Positions 62,819 to 64,000 of a stretch of DNA of 64,000 nucleotides are shown here, in pieces. A model generated the notes under the pieces. It ran no database searches. It was not told the DNA's origin and saw only the letters and a program-made list of their open reading frames with translations. The stretch is from positions 1,506,697 to 1,570,696 of the forward strand of contig NMRA01000009.1 in the NCBI GenBank assembly GCA_002633005.1, written 5' to 3'. Origin of the DNA: Phoronis australis (Eukaryota; Animalia; Phoronida). Every line of letters starts with the position of its first letter. The stretch's first letter is position 1. A program made the translations under genes and the position numbers.

Positions 62819-63408
62819 TTGGGTCTCGCTGGTTCTGTGCGTGCCGCTAGGTGGGGCGGCAGCCGCGCCAGCCCGCAGGTATCACTTAATTTTTCTCAGG
62901 AAATTTTTTTACACTGGCGTTTCTGATTGGCTAGTCGAATTCTCAACAGGCAGCGCTTTACCCAAACAAACTGGCATGACTAGTGGACTGAAGTGTAAAT
63001 GTTGTCTGTTGTACAGAAAAATCGGTGCTTAACATTTATGTTCAGGAAATGTGAAGCCTACAAATTGTGATTGCACCTTTTCGGAATGCATCCTTCTACT
63101 GTCGATGACTTTTGTTTACGATAGTGTCCTGTATTCATACAGTAAAAATAACACACCGCTTAATTCGGCCAGATATGTGTTTATTGTACATGTATGTGCT
63201 TCAAGCACGAGGCTATTAAACATCACCGTACAAACGAAATAGTTGCTGCGACGCCACTTGCATGACAAGGCTAAAAATCGTTCTGTCCGCCAATTTTTCA
63301 CGTTGTTGTAAAGCTAACCATTGACTGCCGAGGTTACATTGACCATTGCTAAAGTGCGTGCCACTGCGTGATACCTGTGTGCTGGCTGGGCTAAGCACGC
63401 ACGCAGAA

Positions 63409-64000
63409 TGGTGAATGTTGGCCAATTCCCCTTTTGTCCACTGACGTCACAAGCATACTGGCGCCCCCAGTGGAGGCCCTGAGAACTCGTAAATAAACCG
63501 AGTTCATGAACCCGGTAGTATCCAGCCTAGCCGAGCCAAGCTGGCGAACAGACTTGTATTTATTGTGGGACGTTGAGTATCGCTTTTTTCTAAAAACATA
63601 ATGCATGGTATATAATAATGAATGGTGTATAGTACCAATTAATTATGATTGAAAGATTCCTTTTTAGTCGAGCGTAAACGAGGCTATTTCGCGTGGGGAT
63701 AAAACTTTGGCTTTGCCGGCGTGTGTAACACAGAAGAACAGTTGGATCGTGTTGCAGGATAGCTAGAATGAATATTCCAATTTTCTTAATTTATTGGAAC
63801 AATATTGATTTTCTGAGAAGTATGACATGCAACATTATTTAAAAAACACACTAAAACATAGCGACTCTGGAAAAATCATAAAAAATACTTTAACCACAGT
63901 CGCCAACATGCTTGTTTACGAGTTCTCAGGGCCTCCACTGGGGGGCGCCAGTATGCTTGTGACGTCAGTGGACAAAAGGGGAATTGGCCAACATTCACCA
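63409..64000. repeat. Near-perfect inverted repeat (at least 85 bp) of a young foldback/MITE element running off the window end
   Basis: 63409-63493 is the reverse complement of 63915-64000 apart from one extra G. Confidence 0.9.

Larger units (their letters stand above)
55672..62820 (+). mobile_element. Defective Ty3/Gypsy LTR retrotransposon with internal deletion and nested insertions
   Basis: 5' LTR, PBS, gag with CCHC, frameshift signal, integrase, PPT (aaacagggaggga, ~62732-62744) and the start of the 3' LTR at 62745, which matches the 5' LTR for ~75 bp. Confidence 0.9.

Overview
AT-rich, intron-containing animal genomic DNA, most likely a protostome or lophotrochozoan-type invertebrate (inferred from the neurocalcin sequence and the repeat families). 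Two host genes face each other tail to tail. On the + strand is a neurocalcin/hippocalcin-type calcium sensor (coding exons 31604-31981 and 40250-40447, 191 aa). On the - strand is a DUSP23-like atypical dual-specificity phosphatase (coding exons 51024-50853, 48666-48563 and 45936-45748, 154 aa; the middle exon is missing from the ORF track). The rest is non-coding DNA rich in transposon relics: Harbinger, hAT/hAT5-like, pogo-like and Kolobok non-autonomous elements, tRNA-derived SINE heads, decayed CR1/L2-type LINE pieces, an LTR with a tRNA-Pro PBS, and an internally deleted Gypsy element carrying nested insertions. The most unusual signal is a Helentron-associated (DINE-1/HINE-like) element family. 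Its internal tandem array is a ~450-bp trimer of ~145-bp subunits, and each subunit carries a co-oriented CTCF-consensus motif. All calls were made by eye without database searches, and the boundaries of degraded repeats are approximate.
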